Shown here: in pieces, positions 7,901 to 22,700 of the stretch
Layout: every line of letters begins with the position of its first letter
Position numbering within the stretch: the first letter of the stretch is position 1
DNA from: Giardia intestinalis
Lineage: Eukaryota
NCBI GenBank assembly: GCA_000002435.2
Contig: CM018791.1
Strand: one strand, 5' to 3'
DNA: 64,000 nt
Program-made: the position numbers and the translations under genes
Notes under the pieces: generated by a model
Databases searched by the model: none
The model's input: only the letters and a program-made list of their open reading frames with translations
What the model was told of the DNA's origin: nothing

Positions 7901-10681
7901 TCATGCGGGGTCAATATTTAGTAGAGTCTTGATTGTTTTTACGCACACCCAATCCTCTTTTGTAAGGTCGTCGCGGTAATACTTCTTTAAGATATCAATA
8001 CTTTTTCTATTCATAGCAGTGTACAGAGTCGGTGTGTCCTCCTTGCTGAATGTCCGCCCATAGGCGGTGGAGGAGTCAGCGGTCTCGATTCTGATGGCAA
8101 CTTCGGTGCCTGCCTTTGCCATAGGATGGCTCTTATTATCTTTCTGAATGCTTTCCACCTTTCCTAGAAGCTTTCCTGTTGGGAAGCAGATTGGCTGCTG
8201 TGGATGAAGAGACCCTTTATCGATTCGCACCCCAATAATGAGAGGATCTTTGTGATGAAAGCAGTCTAGGATGGTCATTATGCATGGAAAGACGGTCTCC
8301 GATTTGAGCGCCTCCCGTCTCTCAAGCTTGTACTGCTTCAAGTGTTCGACAAACATGTCATAGAGATGATAAATGATGTCCGCCCTGAAAATCTTCACCT
8401 TGTTAATCTTTGCATAGTCCTCTGTCGCTTTGTCTACTTCAATATCAAAGGCCAAGATGCAAGCATACTCTGGATTTGTACGCTCAAGCTGGAGGGCCGC
8501 CTCTTGAATAGTGTTCTTGGAGATCGGGCCTATAGCACACCCTGCGAGCGGCACCTTTGTCTTTTCCGAACTTAGGTACGTGATGAGTGCTTCCATAGAC
8601 CCCAAGGATGATGCGTTAAGATAGATGCCCACGTTAGAAAACTTGAATTGCTTTGCCATGTCATGTATATCTGCCATAACGCACTCCTTAAGGTCCTCAA
8701 GGTTATCTCCAGGATCCTCTCGCAGTACAGTGCTCCCAGGAATGGCAGTTTCAAGATCTGTCGCATAAATCTTGAATCCAATCGAAGCGCGCAGCTTATC
8801 ATTACGCTTGTAATTGGCGGTTCCCTTTTCGCGGATCTCACGAGCTTCTTGGGGAGTAAGAAGCTCTCTAATCTTGGTAACAATGGGTCCATTTAGCCCA
8901 GCCAAAACGATCGTGTCGCCTCTGTGCAACTCTCCGTTGACAAGGATGCAATCGATTGTGTACCCAAAGCCATCCTCTTTTCTGAGCTCCAGGACTGTGC
9001 ACTGCATCTTCTCTTCTCCGCTATCACTGTAATGTACAGCAATCTTATCTTCCATTAATAGCTGAGTGAATCCAACAAGGACGGCGAGTAGGTCAGGGAC
9101 CCCTTCCTCGGTGAATGCGCTCGTGGGGACAACGGGTATAACCCTCTTGAGGTCAGCGATATTCCACCAGAGATCCACGTCAAGTTCGAGCTCAGCAAAC
9201 TGGTTTCTAACGTCCAGATACTTCTTTTCAAAGTCGTCCAACGTTGCTTTGTCCTGCTTGCACGGGTTGTCCTTTACCACCCCCGCACTTGTCATCTCAG
9301 GACCACTGCCCATGGTTCCCTCTAGCGCACGCTTGGAAGAGCGTCCCTGGACAGACTTCCAATTGTATAACCTGTCAATCTTGTTCAGCGCAACGATGAA
9401 CGGGCAATTCCGCGCTCTAAGCAGATTAATGCTCTCTATTGTTTGTCGCTCTAGCCCATGCATGAGGTCGACCACGAGGATGGCGATATCTGCAAGGCTG
9501 CTGCCACGGCTCCTCAGATTGGCAAACGACTCGTGCCCAGGCGTGTCGACAATCAAAAGGCCTGGTATTTTGTACTTCACTTTCATGGGGAACTCCTTTG
9601 TCCGCTCACTGAGATACTCGTAAGAGAAGAATGTGCTGCCGATCTGCTGTGTTATACCACCGACTTCTTTTCCTTGTATGTTCGTAGATCTGATTTTATC
9701 GAGCAGAGATGTCTTTCCTGTGTCGACGTGTCCCAGAATCGCGCAGATCGGGCTTCTGAGATTCTCCTGGATCTTATCGGCACGCATCTTAGCATGGTAA
9801 TCTAGCTCCTGCTGCCGGCTAAGCTCCGCCAACTTCTGCGTATGCGTCACTTTGGCCTTTGCTTTTGAAGAAGCTGTATGCTTACTATTGTCTATTTCAA
9901 AACTGGAGTCACTGTCCGCATCATCCTCCCACGAGCGTTTGGCAGCCTTGGAGACTTCCTCTGCAGCCTGCTGCACACTTTCCTGCTCCTTTGCTCTTTG
10001 TTCCGCTCGAATCTGCTCCTGCTTTAACTTCCGCTCCTCTTCTTCCTGGCGAGACTCTGCTATTCGGGCACGCAGCATGTCCATCGCCTCTCTGCGCTCC
10101 TCCTCGCTCATGGAGTTAAAGTCTATTCCCAACAAACCTGGCCCACCGGCGGCAGAGTGCTGGCCTCTATTTTCCCCCCTTCGCTTACCCCTACCAGGGT
10201 CAAGACCTTGTTGCTTCTCTGGCTCCATGCGAGCCCTGGGATGGCCCTCTTTCTGCGTGCCTTCTACTGTTTTTGAAACTTCTGAAGGCTCCTCTAAGAC
10301 CTCTTCTGAAGGCTCTTCGCTATGAGCATCCAAGTCCATGCATGCATCGAAGTCCTCATGGTGTCGCTTCCCCTTGCCTTTGACGGGCTCCTTCTTTTGG
10401 GTATGGCCTGTCTTTGCTTCTGTGGCAGCAGTAGCTGCAGCTGCGGCTGCAGCGGCCTCTGCTTCTGCCTTTTCTCTGGCCTCCTTACGGGCCAGGAGCG
10501 CCTTTTTAGATATTGTAGGCCCCTTTGGAACGACCACTGGGAGTTCCAGAGGACCCGTCTGTCGCTCACGCTGACTAGCCGCCTTACTGGCCTCTTCACG
10601 CTTCTGCTGCTGCTCTTGCTCCTTACGAGTCATCCCGCGCTTCCCTGCGTTTGCATTGAACTGTTGATTTCGTGGAGGCAT
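7901..10681 (-). CDS. EIF5B: Translation initiation factor eIF5B (IF2 homologue) GTPase
   Basis: The GTPase motifs are all present: G1 GHVDTGKTSLLD, G3 DTPGHESF and G4 NKIDR. The protein has the basic/acidic KE-rich N-terminal region and the beta-barrel domains typical of eIF5B. ATG start in an AT-rich context. Confidence 0.9.
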   Translation of the reverse strand: MPPRNQQFNANAGKRGMTRKEQEQQQKREEASKAASQRERQTGPLELPVVVPKGPTISKKALLARKEAREKAEAEAAAAAAAATAATEAKTGHTQKKEPVKGKGKRHHEDFDACMDLDAHSEEPSEEVLEEPSEVSKTVEGTQKEGHPRARMEPEKQQGLDPGRGKRRGENRGQHSAAGGPGLLGIDFNSMSEEERREAMDMLRARIAESRQEEEERKLKQEQIRAEQRAKEQESVQQAAEEVSKAAKRSWEDDADSDSSFEIDNSKHTASSKAKAKVTHTQKLAELSRQQELDYHAKMRADKIQENLRSPICAILGHVDTGKTSLLDKIRSTNIQGKEVGGITQQIGSTFFSYEYLSERTKEFPMKVKYKIPGLLIVDTPGHESFANLRSRGSSLADIAILVVDLMHGLERQTIESINLLRARNCPFIVALNKIDRLYNWKSVQGRSSKRALEGTMGSGPEMTSAGVVKDNPCKQDKATLDDFEKKYLDVRNQFAELELDVDLWWNIADLKRVIPVVPTSAFTEEGVPDLLAVLVGFTQLLMEDKIAVHYSDSGEEKMQCTVLELRKEDGFGYTIDCILVNGELHRGDTIVLAGLNGPIVTKIRELLTPQEAREIREKGTANYKRNDKLRASIGFKIYATDLETAIPGSTVLREDPGDNLEDLKECVMADIHDMAKQFKFSNVGIYLNASSLGSMEALITYLSSEKTKVPLAGCAIGPISKNTIQEAALQLERTNPEYACILAFDIEVDKATEDYAKINKVKIFRADIIYHLYDMFVEHLKQYKLERREALKSETVFPCIMTILDCFHHKDPLIIGVRIDKGSLHPQQPICFPTGKLLGKVESIQKDNKSHPMAKAGTEVAIRIETADSSTAYGRTFSKEDTPTLYTAMNRKSIDILKKYYRDDLTKEDWVCVKTIKTLLNIDPA

Positions 10682-10797
10682 GGTAATTATTTCAAATATG
10701 TTAGAAATTTATCCTTGAAGTTTTCTGTTTTCAGAAGGTTCTGGCATAAGACGAATTTTCACCGATTTACTCCGTTTCACTGGAAAGGGAAATAAAA
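10682..10797. promoter_or_regulatory. AT-rich bidirectional promoter region between the eIF5B and dynein genes
   Basis: 116-bp AT-rich spacer between two divergent ATG codons. The dynein ATG sits in the context gggaaataaaaATG, typical of a Giardia initiator. Confidence 0.4.
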
Positions 10798-13700
10798 ATG
10801 CCTGCCCCCGATCTTCGGGCTCAATGGATCATTGAAGTGGTATCCATGTACCTGCAGTATTCCCAGGTTGATATTGAATGCCTGATAGTCGACGGAGGGC
10901 AGTACTCTCCCCTGCTCCACAGCTTTTTCGATTGTACCTTGAACCATCCTGCACTCTATTTCTATACACATACAGAAACAGGACAGCTCATAATAGCCTC
11001 AGATCCTCCCCAAGCGACAGCAAAGTATCTTCTCTACATGGTTCACAGACCCCTCGGGGATGACCAGGGCTTCTCACCCATTCAAGAGCCCGAGGGGCCC
11101 GATGGGCCATATGCCGACCTTACCGATGAGGTTCGGTGTGAAATATCCCAACGCCTTGATATTTCTTTGATTTCTGGCAATGTCCTGAGCTCTCTTGCAA
11201 CTTCTCTCCAGAATCAGTATTCCCCGCTGGTATCTGCGGGAGACCCCGAAATAATGTTTCAGTCGCGTAAGCTGGCTGTTGCTGCTAGCGCCGCGGATGC
11301 ACAGCTTTGCTCCAAGTATGTTATTGAGGTCCCCAACTTGGACATTAGCGACCCGCGGGTTGCTGCTCAAGACGCAGCGATCGTTTCAACGGTTCAGCGG
11401 CTCTTTGAAGAGTGGGTTCAAGTCCTGCAAGCAGCAATGGAAGAGTATGACCGGCTAAATCCTGCTGGCGACCTTCCGATGGCAGAGTTGGAGAGCTGGC
11501 GGAAAAAGTCGGCTCTTCTCTCTAATCTTTACGAAGACTTGTGCTCACCACAGTTCAAAAAGCTCTTTGCTGTTCTGGAGTATTCGCATGCCACTGTATT
11601 CAGCGGCTTCAGTCTTTTGCGCCAAGATGTTGCACGCGCCTGTCTGGAGGCCAAGGACAATGCCAGATTTCTTAGCACACTAGAGCGTCACTTCAAGATG
11701 ATCAGCAGGTCGCCTCTTCCAGCACTTTCAGAAACTATTACTAGTCTTTACGCAGCCTTGCGCATGGTCTGGACTATATCGCGCTACTATAATACGGAGG
11801 ACAGACTCCTTCCGCTGATGCATCGTATTGCAAAGCACATTACGGCTAGAGTTCGCTCGTCGATCAACATCAAAGAGCTATTCTCCAGTAGCTCTCGGAA
11901 CGCGGCCATACTTAGTGGATTGGCTGGCCAGAATTTCTACGGCCAAGGTGCCATCGAGGCCCTTGCCACCAACGCCAGCGAGGCCCTCGGCAGCAGTACT
12001 TTTATGGATGCTGGGAGACGGTCCTTAACGAAAGTATCTAGCTCCCAGATCATTCCAACAACTTCTACAAGCGATAATTACACTCCCATTGATATACTTC
12101 ATGCAGCTGGGCAGGTTCTTACCAAGTGGAAGGCCCAGTACAATGAAACTAAGCAGAAGATAGAGGAATCAACAACAGACACAAAGCGCTGGGAGCTCGA
12201 CAAGCGCGTCCTCTTCGGGGAGACAGATTTTCATTTGGCCCGCGTGGAGACGCTGATTGGTTGCGTCCAGTCCGTCATGGAATTTTCGCAAATTATCTCC
12301 CCTGACGTGCAGCGCGTCATAGGGGATCAATCTGGATTACGTGAAGTCAGGAAAGCTATTTCCGAGCTTCCGAGTGAGCTTATTGCGTTTGATCAGAAGA
12401 TTTGGTCTCCGTCTCACACTACGGAATTTGAAGCGCTCCTCAGTAACTTTAAAGCAAAAGTATCCCAAACGGAAGTTAAGGCTTTCTCATATATTGACAG
12501 GTCGTTCAAACGCCTGCGTGATGTGTCCAGCGGTCTCGAACTGGTTAGCCGTCTGAGCCTCAAAACTGCTTCCGACACCTCTGAAGCACGGGGGACAGCA
12601 GCTACAACGATATTATCCAACCATATGAGCGGAAAGATCGAGGAGACCCTTCGCCAATATTGCGAGGAGCTCCAGCGATCAATAAAGGAATTTGAGCTCA
12701 AAAAGGATCAGCCACCGATTGGGATAGATCTACCTCCACTTGCCGCTAGCGTGGTCTGGGCCCGATCTCTCTTTGTCGCTGTTAAAGAACCGTATAGAAT
12801 CATGCGTCAATTGGGAGACGACGTGCTAAAGGCTTCTCAGGCTGCCGCTGAAGCTACTGCTCTTTTCAACGAGCTTGCGAGCAACCTCAGGACGTTCGAG
12901 CAGAAGCGTTTTCAAGCATGGCGTGTTGATGCAGATGCCATTATCCTGAAGAGTCTTCGCTCTCCTCTCCTGGGTGAAAAACGAATCTTATCTGTGTCAG
13001 ATCTCAGAAAAGCTAGCCTAGATCCCGATGGAACATTCCTTCCAAAGCTAGTGATACCGAATCTGATGGCAACATGTGCTATGCAAGGGACCGGTCAGCT
13101 GACGACAGCTGTTCCGGCAAACTCTAAAGACAAAGTGCGGCGCTCTACAATTAGACAGAGTATACCAGATAGTCTTCCACAGCACGCAGCATATGCTGAT
13201 ATGACGGGAGCCACGTACCTGAGCCCCACAGTCACCTCATTGATCCTCAAGGAATACGGTCTCGAGATGTGCGTGAATTTTCCACCTGAGCTCAATGCAC
13301 TTATAGACGAGGTATCTGCGCTGGATCGTCTTGGCTTCCGTGTTGGGGAGACCGCACTCAATGTCTGTCTTCAAAAGGCCAAGTACGAGACCCACGCAGA
13401 GGGTCTGAAGATGCTTATTTCTAGTTTAAATAGTGCACTCCAGGACTTCCTTCCGTTGGTTGCGGGTTCCACTCCCGCTATGGTGTCAGATATAAAGCGC
13501 AAAGCCAACTCCATGGAGCTAATAAGAAAGTCAGTATCTAAGGCAGCCGTTGTTATTCGCCCTGGCTTTGGTCCTCTGAACTGGAACTCACTTTCTGTGG
13601 ACGACTACCTAGAGCGGGCGCTCTCTGCCTGCTCTGAACTTTCACAAAGCTGCCAGCAGATTCTTAAGACAATCATGCTAATGGAGCAGTGCATAAAGGG

Positions 13701-16700
13701 TATCACAAATACCCGACTCATCCCAACCCAGGCCGCTCTTCTTCTTGCAGGGGCGTCTACCAATGCTCCCGCCCCAATTACTGAGTCTGGCGCCGGTGGG
13801 GCCTCCACTCAGTTGGTTCCACCCGGATCTAACTCATCTGCCGCCGGCGAGCATAAGCCAACCATTGCGGAGATAATGGCGCGTGCAACACAGCTGAAGA
13901 AGAAGCAGCAATTAGAAGGGAAGCGGCCAGACTCACCAACAACACTCTTCTTGGCCGCCCTAAAATCTTTGGAGGCGCGCGGAAAGATGGGAACTGAAGA
14001 GGAGTACGAGTCTATCCCAACCATGAGCCTCCCTGAGTTTAGCTCTCGTCTCGAAGAGTTTCGTGCCAAATCTCTAATGGGGAGTCTCGAGAAGTATTAT
14101 TCTCTGGGTCCGCTGCTTGTTAAGATTGAAGAATTGTCCTTCGGCACCTCTACAGGAAAGTGTCCTGGGTTGCGCACGTACTATGAGTATTGGACAAATC
14201 GTGTCTATAACGCTCTGGTTGTCATGATAGGAACAGCTCTAAAGGACTTCTCTATCTTGCTTCGTGGGGTTAACACTCAATCTGAGCGTGATTCGGCAAA
14301 AAGAAATAGCAAGTATCTCAGAGATAGATACACACCCCTTTTTCAACTCAATCTCAGTCTCTCGTCGCCAGAGATTATCGTTACACCTTCTCTCTCGTCA
14401 ATTCTCAACACGCTCAATAACCAGGTTGAGCAACTGGTTAAGGTAGCGTGCCCGTTCGTCATCTGGATCCCTGGCAGTATTGCGATGCATGAGCCGGAGC
14501 CGGCGACGTCTGCCACAGGGGCTGAGATATTATCTACTGATGAGAACGCCACATCTATTCGCCGCAACGAGCTCTATGGATTTAAACGGAAGACGACTAA
14601 GCAGGGCGATGGACAGGATGTCGTCGACGCTTCGTCTACAGAGGAGGTTGTCGTGCGCTCCTACAGCCCAAGAGTCTCTCAACACTCAACCATTACAATG
14701 TTGGCCACCCAACTGAAGTCAAAGATCCAGTCTTCCATCCTAGACATTCAGGAGTATATCCGCGCATGGTCCCATTATGAGCAGATTTGGAAATCAAATC
14801 GTCTGCCCATTGTCGGCAGGTTTGCTGCTCTTTCGCCCAATGCCAGCACCTTCGACTATGTGCTGAGCTTCTTCACAGCAACAATGGATGTTTTGAAAGA
14901 TGCTCATAAAGAAAAGATGGCCATATACACCGATATACAGGCAGACACAGTGGAAGCAGAGGCTCTCACTAGCGCCAATGACATGTCCAGGCCTTCACGA
15001 CCATCTACGACAAATCGACCCGGAAGTGCTGCTAGCGCAAGCGGTAAGAGCACTACCAAAGATACAGCGGATGGAGATCCTCACGATAGCGAGTCGCACA
15101 CGTCTATCCTTCCCACAAAGAGGCACATGTACCTTTCGAGCAACTACATTTACACTATGTTTAATTTAACTGCAGCCAACGACAACTTGATTGACGCCAT
15201 ACCGATTAATAACAGCATATCGATCCATCCTCCCATTAAGGTTCTTTTTAACATAGCGGTTTTGCATGCAAACAGCCTTGTCAAGTCTATCATTCACGAG
15301 TGCCAGTTGTGGCGCGAGGCGATATGCAGAGCCATCATTGAAAAGGCCCGCCCAATGCTGCTGGATAGCTACAACGAGATAGATGAGGAGTTCAGAAATT
15401 GCGTGGCACAGGCACGGGACTTAGAGTCCCTCAAGATTGTTCTTTCCACCCTTCGCCGCGTTGCAAACAGGACCATGTCCATGGAGCTAACCTGGCTCGA
15501 GCTAGAGAGTCTCTTTGCCTTGCTTCAGGCGTATAATGCAGAGGTGCGGATCAAGTTCGATAAGTCCCTTCTGTCTGGATCTCCAAATCGCGGCAGTCGT
15601 GTAGGCAGTCCGACGCGTGGCAGCAACACTAGTCCACAGCTAACAGCTGAGCAGCTTGAGCAGCGTAAGCGTGACGCGGCTCTTTACTCTGCCCTTCAAC
15701 CATTTGTTCTGGAGTTTGAGAACGATGATCTGGGACCAATCTTAGACCAAACCGACCTAGGCTGGTCCGGCTCGTCTCTCAGAGAACTTATTAATCTATC
15801 GGATACAGACCCGCGACTATGCAATGCAGAAATAGGGGTTGCTTTGACCTCTGGCGCAGGTGGTGCAGGCACATCCCTCACTTCATCGCTGGAGAATCTG
15901 ACAATATTTACCTCTACAGAAGAGGGTGCAGCCGCCATGGCAACCGCCGCTAAAAGCAAGAAGGCCATGAAGACAACGAATGTTCGCGTCTTTGAGCAGG
16001 AAATTCAGGCTGCATACGCCATTCGCTCGCGCTGGGCGTCTTTGCTTTCCATCGTGAAGGAGGTAGATAGACTTCTAGTTGAGATAAAGCGAAAGCAGGC
16101 AGAGGAAACAACCAAGCTTGCCCGTGTATTTGAGAAGGAAATGCACGCGTTCGTGAAAGAGTTTAACGAAGAGGGGCCGTATCACTATTTGTCTGTTTAC
16201 TTTGAAGAGGTGGCTCAGCTGGAGCAGGAAGGGAAGAAGCACACTAAGACGCTGACGGATATTCTTGAGGACGTGTTCGAGTTGTACAAGGCAAGCAAGG
16301 AGAAGTTTGGCGCTATCGTTGTCAAGAGAGACACTACTATTTTGGCCCAGCGGCTCTTCAACCTAGATCCAATCAACTCTATGAGTCTGACACCTATTGA
16401 AAAGGAGCTCGATGCAGAGGGGGCAATCCTAGCGATCTATGATCAGGTTAGGCAAACTTTCAAAGAGTGGGATCGGCTCTACTTTTCGTCTCTTGATCCC
16501 TCCATGCTCGAGACAGGATGTGATGGGATGCGCACCACGCTACGAAGACTTCCAGCCGAGTACAGGTCCCACACTATGTATGAGACCCTAGATACTATTC
16601 TGCGGAACTACAAAGACTCAATACCGCTATTACAGGACCTCAGGAATGATGCCTTGCGTGCCCGCCACTGGTTGCAGGTCGAACAGCTTACAGGCCAGAC

Positions 16701-19700
16701 GCTCTTTAGTAATGCAGAGCAAGCCCAGAACCTAACCCTCGGACAGCTCACGTCCTTGGATCTTTCGCGGTACACCCAGCAGATTAACGAGATCGTTGTT
16801 GGCGCGCGGAAGGAGCTCTCTATTGAAAAGGGCCTCGCAGACATCGCGGAGGTCTGGACAAAAACCCGAATGCCTGTCAAACGCTATGAGAATGCAAAGG
16901 GCCAAGACAGAGGCTTTATCCTCAAAGCGCTCGATGACATCTTACTTATAATAGAAGATAACTCCCTCAACCTCCAGTCCATGTCTGCATCGAAATATGT
17001 AGCACACTTCTCCAACGACGTACGCCTCTGGGAGAAGCGCCTCTCCATCATCTCGGATGTTCTTGAGGCATGGATAATATGCCAGCGACAGTGGCTTTAT
17101 CTTGAAGGGATTTTCAGTGGATCTGAGGACCTGAAGGTGCAGCTCCCAGAAGAAGCCAATCGGTTTGAGCGAATAGATAACTCATACCTTAAGCTCATGT
17201 CTGAAATAGGCAAAACCAATACCTCGGTTCTTGACGCTGCGCAGGCCAATGGACGATTGGCCCTTCTCAAGTCTCTCATAGCACAGATGGAGACGTGCCA
17301 GAAGGCTCTGACAGATTATCTGAACTCAAAGCGCTCTCTCTTCACTCGGTTCTACTTTATTTCAGACGACGAGCTCCTCTTCCTACTCGGCAACAGCTCC
17401 GACCCGGCGCAGGTGCAGACGCATCTACGGAAGATGTTCGAGGGCGTCCAGACCTTCCAATTCCAGCGCGGAGGCACCAACACAGTCATTGCGGTGAACT
17501 CTCCAGAGGGTGAGTATCTGCCACTCAATCAAGCTGTTAGAATAGATTCGGCGACCATGCCTATTGAGACCTGGATGACGGCCATCGACAACGAGATCAA
17601 GAACAGCATGAAACTGCACATCAAGACGGGGATCTTTGACTTTGGAAATAATTACAATTGCCAGACCCGAGTAGAGTGGGTCAAAAAGCACTATGGTCAG
17701 GTATCTCTTGTAGCCAGCATGATCTGGTGGGTGTTTGATGCTGAGTCTGCCTTCAAGGATTTGGAGGCGGGTGAAAACATGGGTGCAATGAAGGCCACCG
17801 CGTCCAGGTATTCCCAACAGATAGAGAATCTTGTTCTAGAGATACGCAAAAACCTCTCTAAGCACGACAGACTTAAGATCAACACGCTGATCATCGAAGA
17901 TATGCACAATCGGGACCTCCTTGATAGATTTGTCAGAGATAGCATAATAAGCGCAAGCAGCTTTGACTGGGAAAGCCAGCTACGCTTCTACTGGGACAGA
18001 ATCCAGGACACTATTCTTGTGAAGCAGAGTTCAAATAGCCCGATCATCTACTCGTACGAATATCTCGGGTTGACCACTCGCCTTGTTTTGACGCCGCTCA
18101 CCGACCGATGCATCATCACCATAAACACGGCGCTCTCAAACTTCCTTGGCGGGGCGCCCGCTGGCCCGGCCGGCACAGGAAAGACGGAGTCGGTCAAGGA
18201 CTTAGCCAAGCAACTAGGAATATTCTGTCTGATTTTGAATTGCTCGGAAGGCATGGACTATAAGTCATTTGGTAGCATACTCTCTGGTATCTCTGAGTCG
18301 GGGGTGTGGCTTTGCTGCGATGAATTCAATCGCATTGATGCCCCGGTCCTCTCGGTTATCAGTGGACAGATTAAGATCATCCAGGTCGGGCTGATGGCCA
18401 TGGCAAAGGCGATGAATAGCGGAGAAACCAGTGGTCCAAACGTCGGCAGAATCCATCTAGAAGGGCGAGAGATCGACCTGAAGCCTACATCGTCCATATT
18501 CATCACCATGAACCCAGGGTATGCAGGCCGTACAGAGCTGCCGGATAACCTAAAGGCACTCTTCAGGCCGATCATCATGACAAAGCCAGACAATGCTATT
18601 ATCGCAGAAGTTATGTTTCTTGCTGAAGGCTTTCTCCAGAGTCGTGTTTTGAGCAAAAAGATGACTGTGCTATATCAGCTTGCCAGTGAGCAATTATCGA
18701 AGCAATACCACTATGATTTTGGCCTGCGTGCGCTGAAGTCTGTTCTGGTGAATGCAGGAAAACTAAAGCGGTCTGACCCTGATGCTAATGAAGAGCTTCT
18801 GCTAATGAGAGCTCTGCGTGATATGAATCTACCGAAGTTCGTCTTCGAAGACGTTCCTCTTTTCATGGGTCTTATTAACGATCTCTGCCCAAACATCAAG
18901 CTCGAGGCAGGAGAGACGTCTGGCTCAGAGAGTGGTAAGAGCTCTCTCACCCAGATTTACACCCCTGAGCAAGAGCAAGCGCTTCTTGAGCGAGGACCTG
19001 CGACAATACGAGAGGCTGCCTACTTGAGCCTCAAAGAAAGTGGCTACGAGCTTCTTCCCAACCAGCTCTTAAAGGTTGAGCAGACATATGAAACAATGCA
19101 GGCTCGGCACTCGGTGATGATTGTAGGTCCCTCACAAGGTGGTAAGTCGGTTATTTTGAATACCTTTGCAGCTGCAAATACAAAGCTCGGATGCAAGACA
19201 GTCTTCACCACGATCAATCCTAAGGCAATTCCCGTTTCTGAGGTCTATGGTGTCCTCAATCCAGACACCAGAGAGTGGATTGACGGTTTACTAAGCAAGA
19301 TTTTCCGGAATATCAACGATCCTAGTTTCTACCTCACAAATCCCATGATTGCAAACGCTGTAGCCACAAATCCTAGTTCTATCCTCGTGCCAATTCTCTT
19401 CGATGGTGATGTTGACGCTATATGGATAGAGTCGATGAACTCCGTCATGGACGACTCCAAGCTCTTGACACTGCCCAACTCTGAACGTATAAGGCTCCAG
19501 GACTGGTGTAAGCTCCTTTTCGAGGTCTCCGATCTCCAGTATGCCTCGCCAGCCACTGTGTCTCGGTGCGGAATGGTGTGGGTCGATACAAAGAATCTAG
19601 GCTACGAGCCGCGCTTTAAACGCTGGATTCGTGAACGCTTTGATAACTCATTGAGTCGCCGAAGCCTTGACGACACAGGCTCTCAACCTAACAGGGCAAA

Positions 19701-22700
19701 AGATTCTGTGCCAGATGTCGATACAAGCTCTCAGGAGGAGGCCAAGCAGCTTATAATGAGCTTGTATGAGAAGTATATTCCTCCACTTATTGACTACGTC
19801 CTCAACGGCGTGAAGCTGAACTCGAGCACTGGACAGATAGAGGTGGTCTCCCCATTGCGCCTTATTTATGCCACATCTGATATTAGCATGGTATCGCAAT
19901 TTTGCAACATCTTCGATGACATAGTCAAGAAGGCTGAGCAATGCAAGCACGACGAAATTCTTTACTCAAAGTCAGCAGCAGAGGAGGAAGACCCGTTGGT
20001 CAACAAGCCTGGTGATAAAGGCGATTCTTCTCAGCCTTTCCGCTTTGCAGATCTTAATGATCCAATGACTCTTGAGGCTCTGTTCATCTTTACCCTTGTT
20101 TGGTCTATTGGTGGCCTTATACATGACCAGGACCGGACAAATTTCGACCTGTACCTCCGCGAGCTCTCTGGGCTACCGCTTAAGTCTGGAATCAGCGTTG
20201 CAGAGACCGTCTCATCATCCCACCTCCCGGGCGGAATGATAACAGCGAGTGGTGGGTCTACCCTCGGGGCACAACAGACGTCAACCCTTTATGATTTCTA
20301 CTTTGACTTGAAACGCAACTACTGGTGTCCGTGGAGCCAGTTTGTTAAGCCTTACACCCCGCCGAGCGACGGGAGGTTCAGTTCTATCATTGTCGCCACG
20401 CTTGACACCGTTAGAAATTCATGGCTTCTCGACACCATGATGAGAAATGATCGCAACGTGCTTTTCATTGGTGAGTCAGGTAACGCTAAGACGACGATTG
20501 CGAAATCCTTCCTCAACTCTCTTTCTCCCGATCACTACATCACCCTAGGACTCAACTTTAGCTCCCGGACGATGTCTATCGACATTCAGGTCGCCCTTGA
20601 GGACAACCTTGACAGGCGGTCGAAAGACACGCTAGGCCCACCCGGAGGCCGCAAAATGATTCTCTTCACAGATGAGCTGTCTATGCCCGTGGTGGATACC
20701 TATGGGACTATGCAGTCTATCGCTGCCCTGAAGCTGCTTGTAGAGAAGAAGGGTCTTTTTGACAGAAATCCCAAGTCTCTGATGTGGAGGAAGATCTTGG
20801 ATGTCTATATTCTTGGCTGCCTGAAGCCAGTGGGTGGATCGAGCAATAAGCTTGACCCGCGCTTTGTGTCCAACTTCTCGGTCCTCAACATATCTACACC
20901 TATTGAAGACAGTCTGAATCATATATATAATTCTATTCTCGTTACCCACATGAAGGATTGCAATTACCAATTCGATAGCTCAGGAGACCCAGAGAACAAT
21001 CTCAGGCACATAACCACCATCTCAAAGAAAATCACAGCGGCAACTCTCAGTGTATACAACACAATTCTTCATACTCTGAGTCCAACGCCCTCGCGCTTTC
21101 ACTACTTATTTAACCTGCGCGATCTGAGCAGGGTTTACGAAGGCCTCTGTATGGCTCTCCCGGAAAAGTTTCCTACCTTTGCATCCCTGGTCAAGCTGTG
21201 GAAGAATGAGTTCATGCGTGTATTTGCCGATCGACTGATCTGTCCAGAGGACCATGCTGTGGTGTCTCAGCAACTTACAACGAAGATAGCCGAGTTCTTT
21301 GGAGATGTAGAGGGCATTGAAAGCGTTGCAAAGGAGCCCTTAATTTACGGCGACTTCCGCGAGTTGCCTCTGCTGCTAGACAACTACGAGGCAGTCAAGA
21401 TGGGCGTTGACCCGGAGAACAAATGCTTCAGGATGTATGAAGAGCTGATTGAAGGAAATCCGATTCAGCGTGATGCAGACCCTGCTGTACCAGATGAGGC
21501 AGACCAGGGTGCTACTGTGGTGGATAATATAGAGGAACGAGAAGAAGGGGACGGCGAGGAAGACCTCAATGAGGATGGCACGGTCAATTTGAATAGCATG
21601 GCCACTTCAGTCGTCGATACAGCTCCCAAAAAGGAGGCTAGTGCAGAGGATGACCCATACCGCCTTGTGCGTCAGCTCGGCCAAATGGGTTTAGAAGCAT
21701 ACAATCGTTTTATGCGGCCTCCCCTTGTGGGCATCGTGCTCTTTGACGACGCCCTCTCTCACTTGGTTAAGCTACACCGCATGCTGCGTACTCCTCGGGG
21801 CTCAATGCTTCTTGTTGGTTATGGAGGATCTGGAAGACGCTCCCTCACTAAGCTTGCTGCGTTCATGTGTGGCTACGGGATATTTGAGATTACACTAAGC
21901 CGCTCCTATGGTGAAAATGAATTTAAAGAGGATCTCAAAGAGATATATCGTCGCTTAGCGCCTCCGAAGAATAAGGACCAACAGATTGTCTTCTTGTTCA
22001 CCGATCAGCATGTTGCAGAGGAGAGCTTTTTAGAGTACATCAACTCAATTCTAACGACAGGCTCAGTTCCAGCGTTGTTCTCGGATGATGAGCGCGATGC
22101 ATTCATAAACCAAGTGCGGGCAGACGCCCTAAGCAACGGGTGCCCCGACACGCGTGACTCGTTATGGTCATATTTCGTCAACTCTTGCCGTGACCGTCTC
22201 CACGTCGTTCTTTCCATGAACCCTGTTGGAAACACGCTACGTGTGCGCTGTAGGAACTTCCCTGGCCTCGTGAGTTCCTGCGTCATAGACTGGTTCAGCG
22301 CGTGGAACGACGATGCGCTCCGATCGGTTGCTCGCTATGCTCTTGAACTGTCAGATCATCAGAAGCTGGAAATAGTAGAGAACAGCGTCTTTGTGTCTGG
22401 GAACGATCCTCAAGGAGAGGACATTCTAAACAACAAGGAGAGACTCGCTGACCTGAAAAAGAAACTGCTGAATAACATAATAGAAACATGCATCATGTTC
22501 CACAACCACACAGTCAACCTTTCAGAGACCTATTGGGCCCGTATACGTCGCCGTAATTTCGTAACACCTCGGAACTTTGTTGACTTTCTTACGAGTTATT
22601 TGTCGCTGCTACAAAAGCTGCGACAGGACTGTGATGGTGACATCAATCGGTTTTCACAGGGTCTGCAGAAACTATCCCAGGCTGAGTCTGAGGTTACTGA